DNA of 64,000 nucleotides from an uncultured Candidatus Saccharibacteria bacterium (GTDB taxonomy: Bacteria > Patescibacteriota > Minisyncoccia > Phycocordibacterales > UBA9973), in the NCBI GenBank assembly GCA_964456475.1, contig CAYVZI010000006.1, positions 7,074-71,073 of the forward strand, read 5' to 3'. A program made the translations under genes and the position numbers. The stretch's first letter is position 1. Each line of letters opens with the position of its first letter. Below the pieces are notes generated by a model, which was not told the DNA's origin, ran no database searches, and saw nothing but the letters and a program-made list of their open reading frames with translations. Positions 38,482-48,145 of the stretch are shown here, in pieces.

Positions 38482-39387
38482 CTATTGTGCTCCCGTCAAT
38501 TTCGAAATAGCAGTCGCCATGTATCCAGTCACGTCATCATACATTTTGAGTCCTGCCACTTCTGCCACAGTAAACCAGCGCACATCATCAAGTCCTCCAG
38601 AATCATTTTTAAGAGTTACAGGTACGTATGATGACTCACCAAGAAAGAATATGACATGCTTGCGAATCTTGCCTTTTGTCGGATGATTGGCAACATATTC
38701 ACTCTCACCAATCTTGTCCACAACTTGTATATCAAGATTTGTTTCTTCTTTTATTTCACGAACAGCCGCCTGTTCTGGAGTCTCTCCTTCCTCAACTCCT
38801 CCTTTAGAAAGGGTCCAATAGCCGAAAATATCATGCACAAGCGCAAAGTAGAGTTCATCACCGTTTCGTGCGTAGATAAGCGCTCCAGCTTTTTGCTCAA
38901 TCGGAAGCGTAGTGATGTCCACATCTTCGTTTTTCTTTTGACGCTTTGATTTCTGATCCTTACCTGGCTCGCCAATTTCTTTGTAGACAGCACCAAGCAC
39001 ACCGTTGATGAATCGTGATGAACTATCACCGCCGAATGTCTTTGCGAGTTCGATTGCTTCATTGATAGCAACTTTCGGTGGAACTTCGTTATGGTCACCA
39101 AAAAGGAGCTCGCCGAGACCCATGCGCAAAATATTGCGGTCTACGGCATTGATCTTTTCTACTGGCCATTCCGGTGCAGCCTTGGCAATGATTTGGTCGA
39201 TAATCTCTCGTTTGTCGATGACAAAACCGAGAATTTTCTTCATAAAAGCAATATCCTCATTTCCTGGTGCAAATTCCCCTTCGTTGCGTTCAAGCATAGA
39301 AGCAGTACCCTCTGTTGGATATTGTTTAAAATCCCACTCAAAGAGTGTTTGAAGAACTATTGATCTAGAAAGATGACGATTTGCCAT
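38482..39387 (-). CDS. nusB: NusB-Nudix fusion protein: N-terminal antitermination factor NusB fold fused to a C-terminal Nudix hydrolase
   Basis: 301 aa. N-terminus LQTLFEWDF...VDRNILRMGLGELLF...AINEAIELAKTFGGDSSSRFINGVLGAV (NusB). C-terminal Nudix box GGVEEGETPEQAAVREIKEETNL. Confidence 0.75.
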   Translation of the reverse strand: MANRHLSRSIVLQTLFEWDFKQYPTEGTASMLERNEGEFAPGNEDIAFMKKILGFVIDKREIIDQIIAKAAPEWPVEKINAVDRNILRMGLGELLFGDHNEVPPKVAINEAIELAKTFGGDSSSRFINGVLGAVYKEIGEPGKDQKSKRQKKNEDVDITTLPIEQKAGALIYARNGDELYFALVHDIFGYWTLSKGGVEEGETPEQAAVREIKEETNLDIQVVDKIGESEYVANHPTKGKIRKHVIFFLGESSYVPVTLKNDSGGLDDVRWFTVAEVAGLKMYDDVTGYMATAISKLTGAQ

Positions 39388-39486
39388 AAATAAAAGAACA
39401 CAGGAGAAACTCGAAACTCTAAGTTCTAAACTCTAATACAAAGTTACAATTGAGAACTTAAACTTGCACGGCGTTGTGCAGGCTGA

Positions 39487-39699
39487 TTATTTTGCGCTCT
39501 TCTTAGAAGCTTTTTTTGTAGCACCCTTCACGATATCAAGCACTTTTCGGCCACGGTAGTGACCGCACGCTGTACAAACAGTGTGTGGTGGACGAAGTGT
39601 TCCACAGTGTGAACACTTAGAAAACGCCGCGCCTTTGAGGGCGTGATGACTTCGGCGATTTGCCGTATGAGCACGTGTGTGACGCATTCGAACTACCAT
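39487..39699 (-). CDS. rpmF: 50S ribosomal protein L32
   Basis: 70 aa. [22 protein letters not shown]... with CxxC...CxxC zinc ribbon. Confidence 0.8.
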   Translation of the reverse strand: MVVRMRHTRAHTANRRSHHALKGAAFSKCSHCGTLRPPHTVCTACGHYRGRKVLDIVKGATKKASKKSAK

Positions 39700-39750
39700 G
39701 CCGTGTATACTAGCAAAAAGCTATAAAAAAGCAAGGGTTTATAGAACTTC

Positions 39751-40386
39751 TTATTTTTTGACACCCTTTGTCTTCAAATCACCAAGGAAACTCATTCGAT
39801 GGATCGGCGTAACCCCATGTTTTTTGATAGCCAAATAGTGAGCCTCTGTGCCATAGCCTACATGTTGCTCAAATCCGTATTTCGGATAACGCTTCGCTAT
39901 CTTTGCCATATGCCGATCGCGTGTGACCTTGGCCACAATCGATGCGAGTGAAATTACTGATATTGTTTCGTCACCTTTGATGACTGTTTTCTGATTTTCA
40001 AACGAGGAAGGTGCATGAAGTGAACCATCAAGAAAAATCATATCAGTGGCTTCTATTTCCAAATCTTGGAGTGTAGCAAGAAGCGCTTTTTTTATAGAAT
40101 GAGAAATACCCTTACGATCGATTTCTCGAGCATCAATCATACATACAGAAAAAGCACACGCTCCTTCATTTTGCCAAGACTCAATTTGCTCAAACCATTT
40201 TTCACGTTGCTGTTTTGATAGTTGTTTGGAATCACGAAGTGGCAAAGTAAACCTACGCACTTTTGTCATAAATGATTTATCAAATATACAAAAAGCTCCA
40301 ACGGCTACCGGCCCGGCAATAGGCCCCCTCCCGACCTCGTCTATTCCGACAATTACTCCCATATTCCCAGTATAACAAAAGCCCAC
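39751..40386 (-). CDS. rnhB: Ribonuclease HII. The true start is probably the internal Met at about 40362.
   Basis: GIDEVGRGPIAGPVAVGA catalytic motif near the N-terminus. Confidence 0.85.
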   Translation of the reverse strand: MGFCYTGNMGVIVGIDEVGRGPIAGPVAVGAFCIFDKSFMTKVRRFTLPLRDSKQLSKQQREKWFEQIESWQNEGACAFSVCMIDAREIDRKGISHSIKKALLATLQDLEIEATDMIFLDGSLHAPSSFENQKTVIKGDETISVISLASIVAKVTRDRHMAKIAKRYPKYGFEQHVGYGTEAHYLAIKKHGVTPIHRMSFLGDLKTKGVKK

Positions 40387-40583
40387 AAAAATGTGGGCTT
40401 AAAAAATACCTTCATCAAACACTTCAACGGTACAATTCCTCCTTTGGCCGGAAAATAAAATTAAACAAAGCGCCAAAAAAGCAGGATGCATAATAAAAAA
40501 AGTAATCTTTTATCATAATGTGCGTTTTAGTTATCTTAACTCTACTCCTTCCTATTGAAGTGTCAACAAAAGATCACTCAGTT

Positions 40584-41024
40584 TTAAACAGTTTTTTGCA
40601 GACAATTTCTTTGATATACAGAAAAGATCATTGTCAGATAATCACGTACTACTGTCTGCACATTATTAATGTACGACAAATCCACAATATGCAAAACCGA
40701 GCCATCACTCTTTGAATGATAAATACGGATATGCACTCGTGCGTCAGGAAAAAAATCAAATTCAGCTACTCTATTTTTATAGACGTCACGAGATACATAC
40801 AATCGAAAACCTCCAACAAATACTTGTATTGGATCTTTTTTTCGACCAACAAAGTCAATTTTTGATAATTTAAACGTGTTCTGTTTTTTGACAAGTACTG
40901 TATCCGCGCAGAGCCATGCTTTTTTTACATAGGCAAGAAATTCTTTCTTTCTTTCATCTATTGACCGTGTCGAACTTATATAATTTTCCATGGTGACAAT
41001 TTTTCTTACTCTAAAGCAAATCAT
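40584..41024 (-). CDS. Hypothetical protein
   Basis: 146-aa ORF, no recognisable motif. Confidence 0.35.
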   Translation of the reverse strand: MICFRVRKIVTMENYISSTRSIDERKKEFLAYVKKAWLCADTVLVKKQNTFKLSKIDFVGRKKDPIQVFVGGFRLYVSRDVYKNRVAEFDFFPDARVHIRIYHSKSDGSVLHIVDLSYINNVQTVVRDYLTMIFSVYQRNCLQKTV

Positions 41025-41066
41025 TTTTTTGTCAAATGACGCTCGGCACTGCTATACTCCTTTTAC

Positions 41067-44000
41067 ATGTCTTCCAAATTCGTACATCTACACACCCATT
41101 CCCACTATTCCCTCCTTGATGGCCTGACCAAGCTTGAAGAAATGGTCGACATCGCCAAGAAGAACAACCAGACGGCAATCGCTCTCACCGACCACGGCAA
41201 CATGTACGGCGCAATCGAGTTCTACAAAATTGCCAAAAAAGCCGGCATCAAACCAATCATTGGAGTCGAAGCATACATGACTTCCGGCTCTCGTCTCGAA
41301 AAAAGTTCCGAGACTGGGCAGAAGCGCTATTATCACCTTATTCTTCTCGCAAAGAATCTACAGGGTTACAAAAACTTAATGCGTCTGGTAACAATAGCCA
41401 ACCTTGAAGGTTACTATTACAAACCTCGCATAGACAAAGAAATCCTCCGTCAATATCACGAAGGTATTATTGCTCTATCTGGTTGCATGGGTGGAGAACT
41501 TTCGCAGACACTTCTCGGAAACGATTTGGAAAAAGCAGACCTACTCGTCGCCGAATATCAAGACATTTTCGGCAAAGAAAATTATTTTATCGAAATTCAA
41601 GCACACCCTACAATAGAGCGTGATGCGGAACTCCGCGAAAAGCTTGTCACACTTGCAAAGAAGCACGACATCACCGTCGTTGCGACCCAAGATTCTCACT
41701 ATCCCTGCAAGGACGACCACGAGGCACACAACACACTTCTTCAAGTCAACACACAAGGCGATGGAGCAAACTCAGGAAAATTTGAATTTTCCAAAGACGA
41801 CTTTTCACTCATCGATGAGCGAACCGCGCTCGAATACTTCAGCGACGTACCGGAGTCTGTCACCAACACTTCCATCGTTGCCGACATGTGCGAGGATTAC
41901 GAAATCGAACTTGGTGTCGCCTACTTCCCCGACTTTCCACTTGAAAATGGCATAACATCTGACGAAAAACTCAAAGAACTCGCATACGAAGGATTCTCTT
42001 TCCGCGATCTTGAGCAATCGAAACCGTATATCGACCGTCTCGAATACGAACTCAGTGTCATCAAACAAAAAGGATACGCCGGGTATTTCTTGGTGGTGGG
42101 AGATCTCCTCCGCTTCGCGCGCGAAAATGGAATTCTCACAAACATTCGAGGATCGGTCGCGGGCTCGCTTACTACGTACCTCCTTGGTATTACCAACGTT
42201 GATCCACTCGTTTACAAACTCCCGTTCGAACGCTTCCTCAACCCCGAACGTCCTTCACTTCCCGATATCGATATGGACTACGCCGACAACAGACGTGGCG
42301 AAATGATTGAATACGCCAAACAGAAATACGGTGCCGATCGTGTTGCTCAAATCGGAACGTTTGGAACCATGATGGCCAAAGGTTCGGTCAAAGACGTTGC
42401 TCGTGCACTCGGCTATCCGTACGCAATTGGCGATCGACTCTCGGCAATGATTCCACTTGGCTCACAAGGAATGCCGATGACAATCAAGCACGCCATGGAA
42501 ATGGTGGATGAACTCACCGAAGCCTACAAAAAAGAACCAGACACTAAGCGCATCATTGATCTCGCAAAGAAATTGGAAGGCTGTGTTCGCCATGTCTCAG
42601 TCCATGCGGCCGGTGTGGTAATCGCACCAAAACCGCTCTACGAATTCTCACCGATTCAACTCGATCCAAAAGGCGGAAGTATCATCACGCAGTACGACAT
42701 GCACTACATCGAAGATGTGGGCTTACCAAAATTCGACTTCCTTGGAATTCGCAACCTTGCGATTCTTGCCGACGCCGTGCGTTTGGTAAAAATAATTCGC
42801 GACGTCGATGTAAACCTCGACCGTGTTCCACTCGAAGACAAGAAGACATTCGAAATGCTTGCCAAAGGCGAGACAATGGGACTCTTCCAGTTGAATGGAT
42901 CCGGTATGACCACGTACCTCAAACAATTGAAGCCGACGACGATTTTCGATATCAATGCGATGGTGGCACTCTATCGTCCAGGTCCGATGGAAATGATTCC
43001 CGAATATATCAAACGCAAACACGACAATTCACTCGTGCGATATCTCGATCCACGAATGCGCGATATTCTCGACCAATCATTCGGTGTTATCACCTACCAG
43101 GACGATGTCATGATGATTGCGATTAAGCTCGCCGGTTATTCATGGCTCGAAGCCGACAAACTCCGTAAGGCGATGGGAAAAAAGATTCCGGCCGAAATGC
43201 AGGCGCAAAAAGAAAAGTTGCTTGTCGGTTTCGTAGAAAACGGACTCTCAAAAGAAAAAGCTCAACAACTCTGGGAGCTCATTGAGCCATTCGCCGCGTA
43301 CGGATTCAACAAAGCACACGCAGCAAGCTACGGACGTGTGGCATACCAGACGGCCTACATGAAGGCCAACTTCCCTGTCGAATATATCTGCGCCATCCTC
43401 ACCGCGGAATCAGGTGATGTAGAAAAAGTTGCCGAAATCATCGCTGAAGCCGTGAAAATGGGTATCACTGTGCTTCCACCAGAAATCAACGCGAGTGAAC
43501 GCGACTTTACTGTGGTCAACAATTCAAACACTCCGGGCGAAGGCGTGATTCGTTTCGGCTTGCTTACGATCAAGAATTTCGGATCCGATATCGCCGACGC
43601 AATCATTGCAGAACGAAAAATGCACGGACCATTCAAATCTATTACCGAATTTCTTGAACGTATCACTCACAAAAATCTCAACAAAAAATCGCTCGAAGCA
43701 CTCGTAAAGTGTGGAGCGATGGACAATTTCGGTGAACGCGGAAAGCTTCTTGCCAACATGGAAACAATGCTCGCCTACAACAAAGAACGACAAAATGTCG
43801 GCTCACAAGTATCGCTCTTCGGCGAAATGCCTGAACAGCAAATCTCACTCACGCTCGCCGACGCACCCGAAGCTGAAAAGATTGAGAAACTCAAATGGGA
43901 AAAGGAGTTGCTTGGATTGTACGTATCCGGACACCCACTCGACCGTATCCGTGACCGTATCGAGAAGAACGGTATCACCATCAAGAAAATCCGTGAAGAA

Positions 44001-44255
44001 ATGCAATCCGGATTCCCGGCCACATTCGCCTGCATGATTGAAGAAGTCAAAGTGCACATCACCAAGACCAACGAACGCATGGCCTTCATCAAAGTCGGCG
44101 ACCTCACCGGCACAATTGAAGGTGTAGTGTTTACGAAGTCATTCGTCGAGCTCCAGCCAATACTCGTCGTTGATACGATTGTCGCAGTCCAAGCCCGCGT
44201 CAGCGAACGCAATGGGGAGAAAAGTCTCATCATCGAAAAAGCCAAAGCGGTATAA
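41067..44255 (+). CDS. dnaE: DNA polymerase III alpha subunit
   Basis: 1062 aa. PHP domain HLHTHSHYSLLDG, palm/fingers, C-terminal OB. Terminator hairpin ATACCCATGCCG-TTTCC-GGCATGGGTAT+T-run at 44263-44292. Confidence 0.9.
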   Translation: MSSKFVHLHTHSHYSLLDGLTKLEEMVDIAKKNNQTAIALTDHGNMYGAIEFYKIAKKAGIKPIIGVEAYMTSGSRLEKSSETGQKRYYHLILLAKNLQGYKNLMRLVTIANLEGYYYKPRIDKEILRQYHEGIIALSGCMGGELSQTLLGNDLEKADLLVAEYQDIFGKENYFIEIQAHPTIERDAELREKLVTLAKKHDITVVATQDSHYPCKDDHEAHNTLLQVNTQGDGANSGKFEFSKDDFSLIDERTALEYFSDVPESVTNTSIVADMCEDYEIELGVAYFPDFPLENGITSDEKLKELAYEGFSFRDLEQSKPYIDRLEYELSVIKQKGYAGYFLVVGDLLRFARENGILTNIRGSVAGSLTTYLLGITNVDPLVYKLPFERFLNPERPSLPDIDMDYADNRRGEMIEYAKQKYGADRVAQIGTFGTMMAKGSVKDVARALGYPYAIGDRLSAMIPLGSQGMPMTIKHAMEMVDELTEAYKKEPDTKRIIDLAKKLEGCVRHVSVHAAGVVIAPKPLYEFSPIQLDPKGGSIITQYDMHYIEDVGLPKFDFLGIRNLAILADAVRLVKIIRDVDVNLDRVPLEDKKTFEMLAKGETMGLFQLNGSGMTTYLKQLKPTTIFDINAMVALYRPGPMEMIPEYIKRKHDNSLVRYLDPRMRDILDQSFGVITYQDDVMMIAIKLAGYSWLEADKLRKAMGKKIPAEMQAQKEKLLVGFVENGLSKEKAQQLWELIEPFAAYGFNKAHAASYGRVAYQTAYMKANFPVEYICAILTAESGDVEKVAEIIAEAVKMGITVLPPEINASERDFTVVNNSNTPGEGVIRFGLLTIKNFGSDIADAIIAERKMHGPFKSITEFLERITHKNLNKKSLEALVKCGAMDNFGERGKLLANMETMLAYNKERQNVGSQVSLFGEMPEQQISLTLADAPEAEKIEKLKWEKELLGLYVSGHPLDRIRDRIEKNGITIKKIREEMQSGFPATFACMIEEVKVHITKTNERMAFIKVGDLTGTIEGVVFTKSFVELQPILVVDTIVAVQARVSERNGEKSLIIEKAKAV

Positions 44256-44287
44256 AAAATACCCATGCCGTTTCCGGCATGGGTATT

Positions 44288-44725
44288 TTAAAATCCAACT
44301 AATGAAACCCTTGGAAGGTCAACACCCTTTCGAGCAAAATCTAATACGTAATTCCTATCTTGTTCGTGGATAAGATTAGAGTATTGATAATAAATCTCTC
44401 TTCGTGCTGAAGGCACGAGATGTTTTTTGTGAAGTGCGGTAAAGATTGCTTTATGGCAAAGGGTCAATTCTTGTGTTTTACTCAAACACTCCGCGAGGGA
44501 TATCAAATCGTCACAAGTACAAAGATCGCTTGCAAGAAATCCCATAAAAGCATCGTACTGTTCTTCACCTTCTTTACTTAAAATTGTTCGAAACATTCGT
44601 TCACGCAAAGCAGAGATACTAACCTTTTCGATAAATGAAGCTTTCATTCGTTTTTCCATTCTTTGAAAATGAAGGAAGAAGTAAACAAGAATCATGCCGA
44701 GAATAACAACAATTGCTTTTTCCAT
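44288..44725 (-). CDS. Hypothetical protein with N-terminal TM helix
   Basis: 145-aa ORF. Confidence 0.35.
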   Translation of the reverse strand: MEKAIVVILGMILVYFFLHFQRMEKRMKASFIEKVSISALRERMFRTILSKEGEEQYDAFMGFLASDLCTCDDLISLAECLSKTQELTLCHKAIFTALHKKHLVPSARREIYYQYSNLIHEQDRNYVLDFARKGVDLPRVSLVGF

Positions 44726-44791
44726 AAGAATGATATTTTTAACACTATACGACAGCTTTTAAATTCAAGCAACAGGTGTTAGAATTGCCGT

Positions 44792-46540
44792 ATGAACCAA
44801 GAACAACTATCCCACAATCGCCACACCCTCGCCCACCTTTTGGCCCAAGCGGCAAAAGCACAATTCCCCGATGCCAAGCTCACCTTGGGGCCTGCTATCG
44901 ACAACGGTTTCTACTACGATATCGACTTTGGTGAGACCAAAATTGGTGATGACACCCTCAAAGATTTACAGACGTTCATGAGAAAGAATCTTTCGAAATG
45001 GACTGAATTCACCCATCGCGAAGTCACGGCTGACGAAGCAAAAGAAATCTTCGCCGATAACGAATACAAACTCGAACTCATCAACGAGATCACCGAACGC
45101 GGAGAAAAAATCACATTATACACTTGTGGTGGCTTTGAAGATCTTTGCCGTGGCGGTCATGCCGAAAATCCTGCAAAAGAAATCTCTGCCGACTCATTTA
45201 AACTCGATCGTGTAGCCGGCGCATACTGGCGCGGTGATGAGAAGAACAAAATGCTCACTCGCATTTACGGACTCGCATTCGCAACAGCCGAAGAACTGGA
45301 TGTTTATCTTACACAACGCGAAGAAGCCAAGAAACGCGACCACAAGAAACTCGGGATAGAACTCGACCTCTTTACCTTTTCAGAACTCGTTGGACCAGGT
45401 CTTCCCCTTTGGACTCCACGTGGAACAATCCTCCGACATACACTCGACAGTTATGTTTGGGAACTTCGCGAAGCACGCGGGTATGAACGAGTAGAAATTC
45501 CTCATGTCACAAAAAAAGATTTGTATGAAAAGAGTGGTCACTGGGAAAAATACAAAGATGATCTTTTCCGCATTACCACACGTGAAGGACACGAATTCGC
45601 AATGAAGCCAATGAACTGTCCTCACCACACTCAGATTTACGATCGCAAACAGTGGAGCTATCGAGAACTTCCTCAGCGATATGCCAATACCACAACCTGC
45701 TACCGTGACGAGCAATCAGGTGAACTCTCAGGACTCTCCCGTGTACGCGCCTTTGCACAAGACGATGCTCACGTATTCTGTCGTATGAGTGATGCCAAGG
45801 GTGAATTCATGAAGGTTTGGGATATTATCGAAACATTCTACAAGACATTTGGATTCGAACTCAAAGTTCGAATCTCAACACATGACCCAGAACATCCGGA
45901 AAAATATCTCGGAGACAAAGACCGCTGGGCAATGGCTGAATCAATGCTTGCTGAAATTGCACAAGAACGCGGAGTTCCAACAATTTCCGGAGTTGGCGAA
46001 GCAGCATTCTACGGACCCAAGCTCGACTTTATGGCCAACGATGCAATCGGCCGACAATGGCAAGTGGCTACAATTCAGCTCGACATGAACCAACCAGAGC
46101 GTTTTGATCTTACTTGTGTAAACGAAAAAGGCGAAAAGGAACGCATCGTGATGATTCACGCCGCAATCATGGGCTCACTTGAACGCTTCATGTCTATCAT
46201 GATCGAACATCTTGCCGGAAACTTCCCTGTTTGGCTTGCACCACAACAAATCACCATCGTTCCAGTCTTGGAAAATCACAATGACTATGCTTTTGAAATT
46301 TTGAATGTTCTCAAAGAGCACGGCATTCGTGCAAAAGTAGATGCGACAAATGAATCTCTTGGCAAACGCATTCGCGGAGCGAAAACAATGAAAATCCCAT
46401 ACGTCATCGTAGTTGGCGACAAAGAAAAAGATTCACAAACTCTCACCGTCGAAACTCGCGGTGACAAACTTGAAGGAATCACCCTCGAAGACTTTACAAA
46501 TCGGCTTCAAAATGAAATAGTGAATCGAATCTTAAATTAA
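44792..46540 (+). CDS. thrS: Threonyl-tRNA synthetase (short form lacking N-terminal TGS/editing extension)
   Basis: 582 aa. Class II core with HAAIMGSLERF motif 3 region. Anticodon-binding C-terminus. Confidence 0.85.
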   Translation: MNQEQLSHNRHTLAHLLAQAAKAQFPDAKLTLGPAIDNGFYYDIDFGETKIGDDTLKDLQTFMRKNLSKWTEFTHREVTADEAKEIFADNEYKLELINEITERGEKITLYTCGGFEDLCRGGHAENPAKEISADSFKLDRVAGAYWRGDEKNKMLTRIYGLAFATAEELDVYLTQREEAKKRDHKKLGIELDLFTFSELVGPGLPLWTPRGTILRHTLDSYVWELREARGYERVEIPHVTKKDLYEKSGHWEKYKDDLFRITTREGHEFAMKPMNCPHHTQIYDRKQWSYRELPQRYANTTTCYRDEQSGELSGLSRVRAFAQDDAHVFCRMSDAKGEFMKVWDIIETFYKTFGFELKVRISTHDPEHPEKYLGDKDRWAMAESMLAEIAQERGVPTISGVGEAAFYGPKLDFMANDAIGRQWQVATIQLDMNQPERFDLTCVNEKGEKERIVMIHAAIMGSLERFMSIMIEHLAGNFPVWLAPQQITIVPVLENHNDYAFEILNVLKEHGIRAKVDATNESLGKRIRGAKTMKIPYVIVVGDKEKDSQTLTVETRGDKLEGITLEDFTNRLQNEIVNRILN

Positions 46541-46546
46541 TACATT

Positions 46547-47074
46547 ATGAAAGTTGTTATCGCCTCACAAAGTCCAGTCAAAAAAGCTGCGGTCGAAAAG
46601 GCTTTCGACATGCTGTATCCAAACACTCAAATCGAATTTATTTGTACAAAAGCCGACTCTGGCGTCAGTGATCAACCGAACTCTGACAGCGAAACACGCG
46701 AGGGAGCACTTGGTCGAATCAAGCATGCCAAAGAACTCCAACCTGACGCAGAAATATATCTTGCGCTTGAAGGAGGAATATGTGAAATGTATGGTGATAT
46801 GCACTGTTTCGGTTGGGTAGTTGCAGAATCAAATGGTAAACAAGGCTTCGGAAGAACTTTCTCGTTTGTCATTCCTCCAGGTCTTCATAAGCTCATGATT
46901 GAGAAAGGTCTCGAGCAAAGTCACGCCACCGACGAATTCTTTGCGACAACGGGAACCAAGACAGGTAATGGCCTCATCGGTCCTCTTACAAACAACGCCG
47001 TAACATATACTGACTGGTATATCCATGCTGTAGTTTCTGCCCTAGTGCCGATTCTAAATTCAAAACTGTATTAA
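46547..47074 (+). CDS. Non-canonical purine NTP phosphatase, YjjX/ITPase family
   Basis: 175 aa. End-to-end similarity to E. coli YjjX (…GLIGPLTNNAVTYTDWYIHAVVSALVPILN). Terminator AAAAACCGCTC-GTAA-GAGCGGTTTTT at 47076-47100. Confidence 0.6.
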   Translation: MKVVIASQSPVKKAAVEKAFDMLYPNTQIEFICTKADSGVSDQPNSDSETREGALGRIKHAKELQPDAEIYLALEGGICEMYGDMHCFGWVVAESNGKQGFGRTFSFVIPPGLHKLMIEKGLEQSHATDEFFATTGTKTGNGLIGPLTNNAVTYTDWYIHAVVSALVPILNSKLY

Positions 47075-47119
47075 AAAACCGCTCGTAAGAGCGGTTTTTG
47101 CTTTGCTTTTTAACTTATT

Positions 47120-47584
47120 TTATTTCAGATAGACAATTTCAATTCCCAGCTTGAGCGCTTGATTATGTTCCCAACATGCACCGACTGAAGATTCCCAATC
47201 CGGCAAAAAATAAAATATTTTAATTAGACCAGTTTCAAACAATGGCTGATAAAAATCAGTAAGAAGCATTGTCGCATATTCTCCGTCCGGCACTTGGGCT
47301 TTAACTCGCCCCATTGGTTGCTCAAACGGCATTTGATCAAAAACATGTTTGCCTTCCGCCTGAAGGAAAACGATTGCCTCATTGAACGCGATAAGGTTCG
47401 CAAGTATTGATCCTCGTCCGCCCGTACTAATCGGTCCACACACTTGTCCGACTGGTTGTGGCATACGTTTCAGCACGCGAAGACCGATTGCCAGCATTTG
47501 AGGCATGTCTTCAGTCTGTTCGAGTTCAATCAAATCTTTCTCCGTCCAATATTGTCTTGTGTGGTTATTCAATTCCATAGGCAT
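47120..47584 (-). CDS. DUF4406 (nucleoside 2-deoxyribosyltransferase-like) protein
   Basis: 154 aa. PDWESSVGACWEHNQALKLGIEIVY matches the DUF4406 C-terminal motif. Confidence 0.45.
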   Translation of the reverse strand: MPMELNNHTRQYWTEKDLIELEQTEDMPQMLAIGLRVLKRMPQPVGQVCGPISTGGRGSILANLIAFNEAIVFLQAEGKHVFDQMPFEQPMGRVKAQVPDGEYATMLLTDFYQPLFETGLIKIFYFLPDWESSVGACWEHNQALKLGIEIVYLK

Positions 47585-48005
47585 ACTTCATACAAAAATC
47601 TTCGTCGGGGATAAGATCAAGTTTTAAGGCATCGAGAGGTGCAATCCATCGATACTCATCGTGTTCGCCGTCATTTATTACGACTGCTGGAAAAGCAGAA
47701 AAATCCATTTTGAAATAGTGATACACAAAATCATAATCAGGATATCGAACATAAAACGTCTGTATTTTTTGCAAAGAATCTTTTGGAAGCGTACAACTCG
47801 TCTCTTGAAGAACCTCTCGACAGACAGCTTGTACGATATCTCCATTATCTTCTTCGTCTACTTTGCCTGCAGGAATACCCCACGAACCGCCTTGCGGTTT
47901 GTGGGACTGTCGATGAAGGAGAAGAATTTTCCCGTCGCACTCAAGCAAACAACCAGCAACAATAAATTTTGGATTAAAATCTTGAGGTTGTTCGAGTGTA
48001 ACCAT
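47565..48005 (-). CDS. Nudix hydrolase
   Basis: 146 aa. GKVDEEDNGDIVQAVCREVLQETS Nudix box. Overlaps the downstream gene by 20 bp. Confidence 0.75.
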   Translation of the reverse strand: MVTLEQPQDFNPKFIVAGCLLECDGKILLLHRQSHKPQGGSWGIPAGKVDEEDNGDIVQAVCREVLQETSCTLPKDSLQKIQTFYVRYPDYDFVYHYFKMDFSAFPAVVINDGEHDEYRWIAPLDALKLDLIPDEDFCMKYAYGIE

Positions 48006-48145
48006 ATAATTGTATATATCATTAAAACTTTCAGAGATGGATGCAATTCAAGGCGTAAACGAAGTTCGTGACCAAAATGTACTGAGACGTACATTGCGGG
48101 AATGAACTGAGTGCAACAACGCGGAAGTGCGCCATCTATGAAGTT

